Positions 26,752-36,881 of a DNA stretch of 64,000 bases are shown piece by piece. The notes below the pieces were generated by a model, which saw nothing but the letters and a program-made list of their open reading frames with translations, had not been told where the DNA came from and made no database searches. Made by a program: the position numbers and the translations under genes. The stretch lies in IMG/VR virus record IMGVR_UViG_3300011187_000002. The stretch is one strand, 5' to 3'. How positions within the stretch are numbered: position 1 is the first letter of the stretch; the number at the start of each line of letters is the position of its first letter. Source of the stretch: a virus (lineage: Duplodnaviria; Heunggongvirae; Uroviricota; Caudoviricetes).

Positions 26752-28508
26752 CTATCATTTTCGTCCTCGGGCGGACGATACTCCAGATTAAGGTAATCAA
26801 TCAGACGCTCTACCAAGTCTGACTGCTTGGGTAGCGCACGGCCCACTTCGGAATATGCGCTTCGGACAATCTCATTGAACATGGCGTCGTTGACGGTCAT
26901 CAAATCGTCCATCAAGCGCTCTTCGACGGATTGCGGATCCAAGTTGAACAACTCCAAAATGTACCCGACCGATAGCGATCCCTTCTGATACAGATTGAAC
27001 ATCGCATCGAAAGTGTCTCGGTTGTCCCGAAGCGCCAATCGTGTGAAGCTCAACTGAGGGTACAATAGAACTTTGTTATCGAACTCGTCGTACTCCCAAA
27101 AACCTTTCTTCTCAGCGACCGGTTTGAAGATGGACTCTTCCACATAGGTCTGAATACGTTCCCTATAAAGCATATACCGAGTGTTGATCACCTCGATGTT
27201 GATTCGCTCGCCGCTGTACGAACTTTCACCGGTCAACATAGATTCAGTTACGCCAAGACCAGCAAATAGCTGCCGATCTGTAATGTCGTATTCGCTGTTG
27301 AGATCCAACAGACGGTCACGGGCGCTGATCTCTTCCCAATTGACTTGGAAGTTCGTGATGATGCTGTAGTCCGGGTCAAGCAACGCCAAGTCTACCTGTT
27401 CGCGTAGGTCTTCCACATCCCACTCATCCATGTCCTCGGCCCAGATAAGGCGCTTAGGAGTCATTGCACGGGATGCAATAGACGTCTGTGTCTGTCGCAA
27501 CTTGTCCCGGTAAACCAAGGTGCGCAAACACCTCTGCAAGATGCTGACGCCGTGATCGTCACCGGGCGGCTTTTTACGGGCCAAATGGAATACGAACGAA
27601 CCCTCATAAGGGTCGGAACCCAAGGGAAGGTTCTCTTCATTCGAAATGTAATCGATGATCTCTTCAGGCACATCCTCTAGGGCTTCCGCTGCTGCGGGAT
27701 CACCATTGAGTGCCGACTTGACCATGTTCTTGGTCTTAGCGTCCGGGACCAGTTCGATTCGTACCTTGCTTGAATACTGGAACGTCTCGATTTCCACCTG
27801 ATCAGGCGGCAATAGAATGACGCGATCCCACCCTTTGTAATTCTGTTGCTTGTAAGTCTCGATCAACTTTTCAGCGTTGTCCCGGCGTTCAAGCGACGTC
27901 GAGATTTCCCCGGTCTCGGGGTCAAGGCGGTTAACCCGTTCAAGATACACGTATTCCGGTACCTCGATATCGGTGTCTTCGGCGAAAAGGAATGCCTCGC
28001 CTACGACGTAATACTCACGGGTAGCATCAATCAGGGCGTTAAGAAGGTCCGTGCGTGCAACCATGTCCTCAAAAAACTTGAGGATTTCCCTGTTTTTGTC
28101 CGGGTCCCGGCCTTTCGGCAACGTAAGGCGCAACTTGGAAAGCGGCAATTCCGTATGGAGATCAATCGCCTGCCCCACATACGGATCGTTGTTGTAGAAA
28201 AAACGGTAATAGGACCGCATCTCTACAAGGTTCTGAGGCAACTCCAAGAAGTCGGTTGACAGGTGCGGCGAATAGATATTCGTCGCCGTACCCATTGCCA
28301 TGCCACCGTTACCGAAGGCACCCCCACCGCTCCCGATACCACCACCACCAAACATACCCACCGCATTCGATGAGATCTTCTTGGTTCGTGGTTGGATCTC
28401 GTTCACCTCGGCCTTCTTTTGGCTACCCAAAAGGGACTGGACTTGTGAGACACTCGACACAACTACTGAATCTTTATTTTGATCTCTCATTTTACTTCCT
28501 CTAGGCAT
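26745..28508 (-). CDS. Portal protein
   Basis: YRFFYNNDPYVGQAIDLHTELPLSK, GVSILQRCLRTL; downstream of terminase. Confidence 0.8.
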   Translation of the reverse strand: MPRGSKMRDQNKDSVVVSSVSQVQSLLGSQKKAEVNEIQPRTKKISSNAVGMFGGGGIGSGGGAFGNGGMAMGTATNIYSPHLSTDFLELPQNLVEMRSYYRFFYNNDPYVGQAIDLHTELPLSKLRLTLPKGRDPDKNREILKFFEDMVARTDLLNALIDATREYYVVGEAFLFAEDTDIEVPEYVYLERVNRLDPETGEISTSLERRDNAEKLIETYKQQNYKGWDRVILLPPDQVEIETFQYSSKVRIELVPDAKTKNMVKSALNGDPAAAEALEDVPEEIIDYISNEENLPLGSDPYEGSFVFHLARKKPPGDDHGVSILQRCLRTLVYRDKLRQTQTSIASRAMTPKRLIWAEDMDEWDVEDLREQVDLALLDPDYSIITNFQVNWEEISARDRLLDLNSEYDITDRQLFAGLGVTESMLTGESSYSGERINIEVINTRYMLYRERIQTYVEESIFKPVAEKKGFWEYDEFDNKVLLYPQLSFTRLALRDNRDTFDAMFNLYQKGSLSVGYILELFNLDPQSVEERLMDDLMTVNDAMFNEIVRSAYSEVGRALPKQSDLVERLIDYLNLEYRPPEDENDRW

Positions 28509-28525
28509 AGATCACCCCGTCGCCT

Positions 28526-28885
28526 TTACCGAAGGAAACGCCGAAGAACATCTTCAAGGGAATTACGGACGTCTTCAGCCTGACGCTGCACTGACTGGTC
28601 CTCTTCCCGCTGCTGTCCCTCGTTCCTACGTAATCGGGCCTCCACAACAGGGAGGCGTCTACGCATCTGGCGGATAATCGGAAAATCGTCGATCATTCCT
28701 CGCAAGGCACGAAAATACCGCCGCTCCCGGTTCATCACCTCAAGGAGTTCAGGCTCGTCCTCGCAAGTTTTCGCTATCCGCTGCAGGATCTCGCCAAGGC
28801 TATTCACCTCGGAGCGTATCTGTCGTAAGGCTTCATCTAATTCGCCCAAGTGATCTTGGACCTTTGGTATGTCACTGCTTTTCAT
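28526..28885 (-). CDS. Hypothetical coiled-coil protein
   Basis: Coupled ORF between terminase and portal. Confidence 0.6.
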   Translation of the reverse strand: MKSSDIPKVQDHLGELDEALRQIRSEVNSLGEILQRIAKTCEDEPELLEVMNRERRYFRALRGMIDDFPIIRQMRRRLPVVEARLRRNEGQQREEDQSVQRQAEDVRNSLEDVLRRFLR

Positions 28886-29114
28886 CTTCGTCCTTCTTTT
28901 TTAACTTCCGTTTCAAATAGACTTTGCACGCTCTTCGGAGGAGATCCCACTGGTCGGTATCGCCAGCGGCTAGCCCCTCCCATAAACCACCTGCATGTTC
29001 GAACAGCCAGCCAATGGTATTGAGGTCTTTTTGCTTGGGATTTTTATCCCCCAGCTTCCCAAGCACCTGCACCACACAGGTTTCCCAGAACCGATCTGGT
29101 GTGTCGTCACTCAT
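28872..29114 (-). CDS. Hypothetical protein
   Basis: ATG overlaps the terminase stop. Confidence 0.6.
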   Translation of the reverse strand: MSDDTPDRFWETCVVQVLGKLGDKNPKQKDLNTIGWLFEHAGGLWEGLAAGDTDQWDLLRRACKVYLKRKLKKKDEDEKQ

Positions 29115-31120
29115 CGCTTTTTCCACCCCGGAGGCATACGGTCGCCCCGCTTGTTAGAATAGTTGTGACGCCGCTGACGCCTGCGCTGGTACTGTTGTGA
29201 GGACATGGACTTGTAGTGATCTGCGCCCATCTCTTCGGCGATCTCACGCATACGACTCTTTGAACCAGAAATGTATTTGGGGTTCCCGACCCGGTGGAGT
29301 GTCAACCATACCGATCTTACAAGCGCATCCGCGAAGTCATCGTGTTTGTTAGGACCGTTGGGTGCTTCAACAAGTACGACCTTCTTAGACTTCCGCTCGG
29401 CGCGTAGCTCCAACAGTTGCTTGATATAGGGTGCGTGTTTAACGTGGCCCGTACCCTCATCGAGTGCGGAATTGACGACACCGAAATCCTCATCCTCGTC
29501 CTCATCCACATCACGGAGCATATAATCGTAAAGCATGAGACGCCCGTGATACATCAAGGTCTTGAACGCATCGAACATCTGGGAGGACTCGTCCCGTGTG
29601 AACTGTTTCGATTCAAGCTGTTTCATATCCATCTTGTCGAGGGTCTGCTTGAAACTAATGCCCTGCCATTGGTCAAAAACACCGTCGACGATATAGAACC
29701 GCCGCGAAAGCTCTTTGATCCATTCAGCCAGTGCATCGAAATCGAGAATATCAACCGTGTGCAGTTCCTTAGCGTAAGGGACAATCGGCTCTTCAAGGTG
29801 CGGGTTAAGATCGTACCAGCTTTTCCCCGCCTGCCACTCCTCGTGGTACACAAGGCGGATCTTGTCTCCGTCCGGGCGTGTCAGAGCAACGGAAGTACGG
29901 TCGCCTTTAACAGCAAGGTCAAGTCCGAGGCTGTGGGGTGTACGCGGTTTCCCACGAGGGGAAGGTCGAAGGTCACGGTCGAGGCAAACCATGAGGTCCT
30001 TTTCACGTTCGATCCACGCCATAACGCGGTCGGTGAATTCGGCCCCGAACTCCGTAGCAAACGCTACCGGATCTTTACCGTGAGCATTCTCGAGGAAACC
30101 AACAGGTACTTGAGGGTTAACTTCCCATGTGGGAGCCTGCACCATCAAGATATCACGCGATGCGGACCCTCCCACTTTAGACTGCTCATACTTATTATAG
30201 AACAATCCGTCCTTATTGAAAGGGGACGAGATCATAATGATACGTCCTTCCGAATCACGATTCAAGGTCTCCTGCTGACCATTCGGATCTGCGGGAGCGA
30301 AAGTCGCAACGGAAGGCGAGGCAGCTTGGTACACAGCATTGGCCGAAGAGTTGCCCTTCTCCTTGAAGAAAGCGACCTCATCAAGGATGATAACGATGTT
30401 GGCCAGACCACGAATACCGCTGGAAACAGACGAAAAGAACTTAATCTGTACGCTGGCACGACCACCATCGTCAGCTTCACCCGTCTGATCGATGTCATAG
30501 GGAGTCTGGAAACGGACGTAGCTTTGCGTGTCGTGGCTCAGGTACGGGGCGTAGAATTCGCAACTCTGGAAGTGGTTACGTACACCGTTGTAAAGGATCT
30601 GTGACTGATCTTTGGTGGTAGCAATGGTGGAGATTGTGATCTCGGCACCATCTTGAATCCCGTAATAGCGTTGGGGGTTGGCTTTACGTAGGAGGCGGTA
30701 CACCTCGTATGCCGCGATCATCGAAGAAATTGTGGACTTACCACTACGACGACCGATGGGTAGGACAAGTTCGTGTCGGTCGTGGTCTTGTTCTTTGATG
30801 TTACACCGGCCCTCATTATAGAGGTACCGCATGTATTCGACTTCGGTGAACCTGTAATAGTCGTCGGGCTTGGCGCTCTGTGCTTGACGCCACGTCTTAG
30901 GTACCTTGATGTTGCGGGTTGAGTCGTCGAGCGGGAGGTTGTAGAACGCTTTTAGGAGAAACTTCTGGACAGGGAATAGCGACATGCCGCAGATCTCTTG
31001 GGAAAACCCCAGACCAAACGGCGATTCAACGAACTCAATAATATTGAGTACTTTTTGGGTGTCGTAATCCCCTTCAGAGGATTTGCGTCCGACTTGACGA
31101 AAGAGATCTGCCATCGACAT
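29111..31120 (-). CDS. terL: Terminase large subunit
   Basis: Walker A GRRSGKS, Walker B IILDEVAFF, nuclease GLDLA...HDDFADAL. Confidence 0.92.
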   Translation of the reverse strand: MSMADLFRQVGRKSSEGDYDTQKVLNIIEFVESPFGLGFSQEICGMSLFPVQKFLLKAFYNLPLDDSTRNIKVPKTWRQAQSAKPDDYYRFTEVEYMRYLYNEGRCNIKEQDHDRHELVLPIGRRSGKSTISSMIAAYEVYRLLRKANPQRYYGIQDGAEITISTIATTKDQSQILYNGVRNHFQSCEFYAPYLSHDTQSYVRFQTPYDIDQTGEADDGGRASVQIKFFSSVSSGIRGLANIVIILDEVAFFKEKGNSSANAVYQAASPSVATFAPADPNGQQETLNRDSEGRIIMISSPFNKDGLFYNKYEQSKVGGSASRDILMVQAPTWEVNPQVPVGFLENAHGKDPVAFATEFGAEFTDRVMAWIEREKDLMVCLDRDLRPSPRGKPRTPHSLGLDLAVKGDRTSVALTRPDGDKIRLVYHEEWQAGKSWYDLNPHLEEPIVPYAKELHTVDILDFDALAEWIKELSRRFYIVDGVFDQWQGISFKQTLDKMDMKQLESKQFTRDESSQMFDAFKTLMYHGRLMLYDYMLRDVDEDEDEDFGVVNSALDEGTGHVKHAPYIKQLLELRAERKSKKVVLVEAPNGPNKHDDFADALVRSVWLTLHRVGNPKYISGSKSRMREIAEEMGADHYKSMSSQQYQRRRQRRHNYSNKRGDRMPPGWKKR

Positions 31121-31176
31121 GAGTGATCACCTTTTCCATAGAGCCTCAATCGTAGGTAGTAATAGTAGTCGCTAGC

Positions 31177-31737
31177 TCAAACCTCAGATTTGATATAGCG
31201 GAGTGCTTCGTCTTCCCAATCTTCGAATTCTTCACCGGCGACCTGAAAGAGGCGCTGAATTTGCTCCTCTGACATGCCCGCCCCTTCACAACACCTTCTG
31301 AATTTCATCGCCCAAAATTCAAAGAGCTTCTGGAACTTCTTGCTCTTGAAATCGAACGTGTCTTTGACTACCGAATCCCGCTTTCGCAGGTACGTGTCAA
31401 TGATAGCTTTCGTGGCGTTGATTTTCTTCGAAGAGATCCCGGTAGTGTCGTTACCTTTGCGCTCCGCTTCACCACGCTCAAAATCAAGACTCGAAGCCTC
31501 TTTAGCAAGTTCAAGCATCGCCACATCGAGAACGTCCAAGCTATCCGCATCTTGAGTAATCTGCTGGATAAGCGGGTCGCTTTCCCGGTGCTTTTGCTTG
31601 TTCTTCATGAGTTGGGCAACTTCAGGCGTCGTCGGCTTGATAGGAATCTTAGGTGGACGCCCCCGCCCTCGCTTCTTCTCTTTCTTTTCGAGCGTAACGA
31701 CTTGCACCTGTAGCTCTTTGGTCCGATCGTCGCTCAT
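31177..31737 (-). CDS. Putative terminase small subunit with AT-hook
   Basis: Immediately upstream of terL; KKRGRGRPPK; helical core. Confidence 0.5.
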   Translation of the reverse strand: MSDDRTKELQVQVVTLEKKEKKRGRGRPPKIPIKPTTPEVAQLMKNKQKHRESDPLIQQITQDADSLDVLDVAMLELAKEASSLDFERGEAERKGNDTTGISSKKINATKAIIDTYLRKRDSVVKDTFDFKSKKFQKLFEFWAMKFRRCCEGAGMSEEQIQRLFQVAGEEFEDWEDEALRYIKSEV

Positions 31738-31749
31738 ACGTAACTCCCT

Positions 31750-34719
31750 TTATTCGATATTGAAACCGTCACCGAATTCCACATCAAGTGTCGGTGATGG
31801 GCCTCCGTGAAACTCAATCTCGTTGATCGAACCATCGGAAGCAACGCCTCCAAGTTCGAACTCGGACATTTGGTCTTTACCGTCGATGCCGCCTTCGGAT
31901 GGCGTATCAATCTGTTCGAGGGCCTTTTTCTCGGCGGCCTTTTTCTTTTCGACGATTTCGCGGACAGCGGCATGGTTAACCTGCTTTTCGCTTTGATCAC
32001 CATAAAATGCCTGTAGACCCGTCTCGTGCATCTGAACCTCGTTAGCGGGTTCGGACGTATAAGCAATCCGGGTCTTGGTCCGGGGATCTACATCCATCAT
32101 ACGGATACGCTTGGCGTCCCGCTCCGTAAGCTGGCCATTGCTGACCCGATATTGGAGGGCCGCGTTTACCGTTTCATCCGTATAGACCGGATCGTCTACG
32201 AGCTTCTTGCTGTAAAGCAAGCATCGGCCAATTTTGTTGTAAATACACCCTTGGCACTTGGACCCTTTTACGATCTGCTGCACCGAAGCGCTGATATCTT
32301 GCGTACCTTCGTTGCAAGAGTCGTAGCTGTCCGCCGTGCTGTAGGCACGACCGTAAAGCCCTTCCTCTTCGCGGAAAGCAATAATGACCGGCGCATCTTC
32401 AAGGAGGTCCGTATACGGGAAAGCCAACTTCAGGGCATCGGCCAATGCCGAACCGTACTTGCCCTTCATCATTTGATCCCGAAGCCACTTGCCCATCTTA
32501 GTGCGGGCCATGCGACGAGACGGAGGCTTGAGTCCGTTCGGTTTGTAGTTGTCGTCCAGAACCGCCGATAGAATTTCCAAAGCATCGGATTTCGCCGTCT
32601 TGGATGTATCGAGGTTGGATGCAACCTTACCGTCGTTTTGCATATACAGACGCTTGATACGATCAAGGCCAATACGCTTTTGCAGGGAAGCCAACAGGTG
32701 CGCGCCGCCTTCCTCTTTGAGGTAATCCTCAAGGGTTTCGAACGCCCGCGCCTGTTTCTTGCTCTTGAGCGAATCCATAAAGTCGTTGACTTGCTCGTCG
32801 CTGACTTCAACCTGTGGATTAATCTGGTACGGTGTATTGTGGACCGCAGCTTTGCCCTTCACAGGCATTGAGAACGCTTTCCGGGCGAAGGCCATTACCT
32901 TGCCTTCGGAAGTTTGCGAAAGCCGGGAGACGACGTTTCGTAGCGTCTGAGTGTATGCTGGGTCGGTATCAATCCCTTTAATTTTCGCAACACGCTTCGC
33001 AATCAAAGCGTGGACCTCGGGCTTCTTGAAAAAGCCCTTCCGGTTGTTCGGGGTGAGGAGTGGCAATTCTTTGACTGCCGGATTCGCCGCTGCAGCCGCC
33101 TCTACTTCCCGAGGGGTAGCAAGAGACGTGTCGACGTACAGGCGGCCCAGCAAGTGCAAGTGCTTACTTAGCTTGGAAAGCCGGTCGTCCTGCTTAATAA
33201 GGGTCGCGACCTTGTTTCCGTGATCACCACGAAGCATCCGCCCAACGAGATCTTTAGTGTTGGAAATTTTCGTCGGGTTTTCGACGACCACCCGCTTACG
33301 ATCTGCTTTCCGAAGCTGGCTATCAGCCTGTTCGGAAGAGATACCGTGTGTCGGGTCGTAAATAACCGTTGCCTGATACTTGCTTACTTCCTTCGGCACC
33401 GGCTTCTTGTAGACCTTCTGAGCGAAGGCACGAACATCCGCTTCGTCGGATTTCTTGAGGCGAGCGAACAGCTTCTTGAACAGGGCCTTTTTCGTATTGT
33501 CTAGCTTGCGGCCTTGCTTCGTAAGGAAAAACCGACTGATCGTATGCAAAAGCGCCTTGTCCGAACGAATGTCCAGAGACGGTGCATGTGCATAACGCTT
33601 ATCCAACTCGGACTCTTCGAAAGGGATTCCCACGATCAGTGGAGGCAGATTATCTGCGGCCCCTTGCTTTTCGAAAAGGTCGATGAATTGCGAAGCCACC
33701 TTGTACGTCGGGAAATACGATAGGTCGAGGTACAGTTGCCCGAGGACATATAGCTCATCCTTCAACGAAGCAACTGCGGGGTCCGAGGCAAGAAGATCAC
33801 GAACAGCGGGTCCGTGGTTGCCGCGCATCATGTCCACAGCGAGGCGAAGCACCTTCTTTCGGTTGACAGTATTAGCTACGATCTCACGCTTGATATCAGC
33901 GGACCGCAACTGATCCATCGCATCTTCGTAGGTTACGCCAGCCGTGGGGTCCGGTACGATGGGCTTACCATCGAGTGCGTCGGACTCCGGGATGGGCGAA
34001 GCTAGAAGTGCTTTTTGCAACCGGGCCTTGACCGGGAGGTTCTGGATACCATCAAGATCCTTGCGCTCCATGTGGATACCATCGAGGTACTCTTCCCACA
34101 GGTCTTTGGTGTAATCGACTTCAAGGACGATTTCCTTTTGGAATACCGAACAGCGACCTTTACGGTTGTGGATGCAATCACCACACTGGCTCTTTGCCAG
34201 AACGTACTTGGCGTTCCGTGTGTTCGCCGTCAGACCCTTCTGAGGGCCGCCCTTGTAACAGTCTTCGAAAAGCTCGGAATCAATATAAACCGAACCGAGG
34301 AGGCCCCTTTCACTGAGGACGCCACGGACGGCTTTTTTCGACATGGAAAGGACTTCCGCATCGAAATTACTCTTGAGGATCTGAATTACATCGGGACCGG
34401 AGACGCCCGCCTGAACGTGGCGCTTGGCGAATTTTTCGACGATAGCAACCGCATCATCACCAGAGATTTCACCGGGAATGCTCCGCTCACTCCAGAAAGG
34501 GGTACGAGCGTTTGCGGGTTCGCGGTTTTCTGGCGACAGCCGATACTTATCGGCCTCCGTCAAATCTTTCCACTGTGCCTCAAGCTCAGGAACAGCATCC
34601 AAGTTTTGCTTCGGTAGCGCCTCAGTAGCGCGGTACTCATCTTCATCAACATCAAGCCAATCAAGATCCGATACCGGCTCATCCTCAAGGATAGCTCCGA
34701 TGTCTCCTAAATCTGCCAT
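31750..34719 (-). CDS. 989-aa repeat-containing putative head protein
   Basis: Internal repeats DPT.G...A.DQLR.AD...M.RG.HG; two CxxCxxN..GRC modules. Confidence 0.65.
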   Translation of the reverse strand: MADLGDIGAILEDEPVSDLDWLDVDEDEYRATEALPKQNLDAVPELEAQWKDLTEADKYRLSPENREPANARTPFWSERSIPGEISGDDAVAIVEKFAKRHVQAGVSGPDVIQILKSNFDAEVLSMSKKAVRGVLSERGLLGSVYIDSELFEDCYKGGPQKGLTANTRNAKYVLAKSQCGDCIHNRKGRCSVFQKEIVLEVDYTKDLWEEYLDGIHMERKDLDGIQNLPVKARLQKALLASPIPESDALDGKPIVPDPTAGVTYEDAMDQLRSADIKREIVANTVNRKKVLRLAVDMMRGNHGPAVRDLLASDPAVASLKDELYVLGQLYLDLSYFPTYKVASQFIDLFEKQGAADNLPPLIVGIPFEESELDKRYAHAPSLDIRSDKALLHTISRFFLTKQGRKLDNTKKALFKKLFARLKKSDEADVRAFAQKVYKKPVPKEVSKYQATVIYDPTHGISSEQADSQLRKADRKRVVVENPTKISNTKDLVGRMLRGDHGNKVATLIKQDDRLSKLSKHLHLLGRLYVDTSLATPREVEAAAAANPAVKELPLLTPNNRKGFFKKPEVHALIAKRVAKIKGIDTDPAYTQTLRNVVSRLSQTSEGKVMAFARKAFSMPVKGKAAVHNTPYQINPQVEVSDEQVNDFMDSLKSKKQARAFETLEDYLKEEGGAHLLASLQKRIGLDRIKRLYMQNDGKVASNLDTSKTAKSDALEILSAVLDDNYKPNGLKPPSRRMARTKMGKWLRDQMMKGKYGSALADALKLAFPYTDLLEDAPVIIAFREEEGLYGRAYSTADSYDSCNEGTQDISASVQQIVKGSKCQGCIYNKIGRCLLYSKKLVDDPVYTDETVNAALQYRVSNGQLTERDAKRIRMMDVDPRTKTRIAYTSEPANEVQMHETGLQAFYGDQSEKQVNHAAVREIVEKKKAAEKKALEQIDTPSEGGIDGKDQMSEFELGGVASDGSINEIEFHGGPSPTLDVEFGDGFNIE

Positions 34720-34875
34720 GTGTGATCTCCTTTAGGATTCGGCGTCGACCAGACAAACCAGCAAAGCCATTCCCTTATCTACAAAGTCCAGATTCTTTAA
34801 CGCACGCTCGAACATCAACCTTCTGAACTCCGAAAATATGCGAGGATCACCCGGTACGACGTTCGTTTCCTAACC

Positions 34876-35439
34876 TCATTTCCCTTGCTTTTCAGCAACG
34901 TCGTCTTCAACATGCTCTTCGTACTCCTCTTCGAAAAACCCTTCCGGGTCGTCAGTAATCTCTTGGGAGTCAGAAAGCATCTCTTCGACTTCGGCCTCAT
35001 CATCCTCGTCTACATCGACAGCATCTGGCTGCCAGTGAGGGCCGCGAAGTTCGTCATTGATCGTATCTTGAATACCGGAAAGGGTTTCAAGCGAAGTGTT
35101 GAGGTCGGACCGCATATCTTTGATATCTTGGATGTAGCCCTTTCCACCCAACTTACCATCCGGGCTGATCGACACGGCTTTGATCTTTGTGAAACTGCTG
35201 TACGCCGAAACCATGTGCCCCAGAGCACACGAAATGGACCACAAGACTTTTGCCAGAGGCTTCTTAGCCTTTGGATCAAAGTCGTAGTTCCTCGGCATAG
35301 CACGACCATCAGGACCTGTGTCCTTGATGAATCGGACTTCGCCCGCAGTGCGAACCATGCCGGTCTTCTCAAAGAGATACTGAGAAGCCACACGCTCCGC
35401 AATCCGCTTTTCCCTATTGCTGTATGGCTTGTTGCTCAT
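34876..35439 (-). CDS. Hypothetical head-associated protein with RVASQY leader
   Basis: RIAERVASQYLFEKTGMVRTAGEVRFIKD. Confidence 0.7.
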   Translation of the reverse strand: MSNKPYSNREKRIAERVASQYLFEKTGMVRTAGEVRFIKDTGPDGRAMPRNYDFDPKAKKPLAKVLWSISCALGHMVSAYSSFTKIKAVSISPDGKLGGKGYIQDIKDMRSDLNTSLETLSGIQDTINDELRGPHWQPDAVDVDEDDEAEVEEMLSDSQEITDDPEGFFEEEYEEHVEDDVAEKQGK

Positions 35440-35440
35440 A

Positions 35441-35737
35441 TCAGACCTTGAGGGGATTGCCTTCATCGTCGAAAAGGCGCTCGATTACCCAATCGCCCTC
35501 TTCGCTCTGCTTGAGCGACCAGAGATCACGCTCCGATTTACGGATCAGCGTATCACTTGCGACCCGACTGAAGCCCTGAAGTTGCTCTACGTTGGCAATG
35601 CGAATTCGCTTAGGCTCTTCAATCTCCGCCCCCACCAATTCACGAATGTCAACGGCTTCAGCATCGTCCCCAAGGTATGCATCCATCCCCGAGGATTGCA
35701 TCATTACTTCGCCGAGATCAAAATCTTTATAGTCCAT
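35441..35737 (-). CDS. Small hypothetical protein
   Basis: FSRVASDTLIRKSERDLW...IERLFDDEGNPLKV. Confidence 0.65.
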   Translation of the reverse strand: MDYKDFDLGEVMMQSSGMDAYLGDDAEAVDIRELVGAEIEEPKRIRIANVEQLQGFSRVASDTLIRKSERDLWSLKQSEEGDWVIERLFDDEGNPLKV

Positions 35738-35747
35738 TGTGTGCCCC

Positions 35748-36020
35748 TTAAAAGCCCGAAAAGTCGAGTCCCTTCTTTCTGGCCCGCTCTTGAATCTTCT
35801 GGACCACTTCATGGTCCGTCGACAGAAAGGTCACGTAATCAAAACCACGACTACATGAGAGCTTTTTGCCGAAGCTAGACTTGGCGGTGCTCATGAATCC
35901 GGTAAGCCCCTGCTCATCTAGGAAGTAAACCGTAACGGTCGAAGCGACCTTGGAAACCTCATCCAGATAAGCTGCGGCAACCTTCTTCGACATAATGACT
36001 TTTCGAAGGCTACTTTTCAT
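35748..36020 (-). CDS. Small hypothetical protein with KVAAAYL leader
   Basis: First gene of the virion block; start could be 35993. Confidence 0.6.
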   Translation of the reverse strand: MKSSLRKVIMSKKVAAAYLDEVSKVASTVTVYFLDEQGLTGFMSTAKSSFGKKLSCSRGFDYVTFLSTDHEVVQKIQERARKKGLDFSGF

Positions 36021-36068
36021 CGCATACACGCAGGGGCAATAGACGTACCAGTTCTAACCTAGAAAACA

Positions 36069-36081
36069 TATAAACAGATTA
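36069..36081 (-). promoter_or_regulatory. Candidate late promoter TAATCTGTTTATA at the replication/virion boundary
   Basis: Matches the motif and sits exactly between the two gene blocks. Confidence 0.6.
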
Positions 36082-36089
36082 CTGATTGG

Positions 36090-36881
36090 TTAGGTGATCG
36101 TCTTCTTGCTACGGTTGGACCATTTCGGTAGCTTGATTTCGCGGAGGATGTTGAAATTGTAGCGGATCTTGACGAACGTTTTATAGTAACGAGCGAAGAG
36201 GGTTAGGTCCTCATCTTCAAGATCGTCGGGGAGGTCAACGAGGAGGTCAACAATCTCCTTTAAGCCGTCTTCGAATTCTTCGATTTCCAACTCTTTCTGA
36301 CGTTGCGCTTCCATTAAGGTGTCGAGTTTGCCTTTGACGACAGCCACCTCTTGGAGGTCCTCATCATTACGGCGCACCCACGCATACACGCGGTCCACAA
36401 GCACTTGACCCATCCGGGCAAGGTTCGCAATGAATCGGTGGCGCACACGCCCTTGACTGATATCGAGAATGTCAGCAACTTCACTTTGGCAAGTGGACTC
36501 AAACATCTCGGCAAAGATGCGAGCGTCTAGCTTGGTAGGCATGACGGGAAGGAGGTCGTCGTAAATTTCGTCTTTTGTCACCTCGGGGATTTCGATCAAA
36601 AATCGAATCCTATCAAGGGCACGCTTTAGCCGGTAGGACACGGCGGCTTGAGTGATGTTGAAAATCTCCGCAATGTCCGTTTGGCGCTTGTTCAAGAAAA
36701 AGTAAAGACGGATCAAGTCCTCCTCACGGTCTGGCAACCTATCTAAAACGGCCTTGATCTTATCTAGGTGCAGCTCCTTCCATTGTTCGTCTTGCCGGGG
36801 AAGGGGCTCAAGCGTATCATCGGTCGAAAATCTACTCGCCAGTTCCTGCGGATCCAGCGGTTGGATGTAATGTACTGACAT
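36090..36881 (-). CDS. Sigma-70 region-4-like protein with two tandem HTH domains
   Basis: LDRLPDREEDLIRLYF..KRQTDIAEIFNITQAAVSYRLKRAL and QSEVADILDISQGRVRHR; no region 2 visible. Confidence 0.8.
   Translation of the reverse strand: MSVHYIQPLDPQELASRFSTDDTLEPLPRQDEQWKELHLDKIKAVLDRLPDREEDLIRLYFFLNKRQTDIAEIFNITQAAVSYRLKRALDRIRFLIEIPEVTKDEIYDDLLPVMPTKLDARIFAEMFESTCQSEVADILDISQGRVRHRFIANLARMGQVLVDRVYAWVRRNDEDLQEVAVVKGKLDTLMEAQRQKELEIEEFEDGLKEIVDLLVDLPDDLEDEDLTLFARYYKTFVKIRYNFNILREIKLPKWSNRSKKTIT

Noticed and set aside
29417-30604. 395-aa plus-strand ORF
   Set aside because: Antisense shadow of terL with no recognisable domain.
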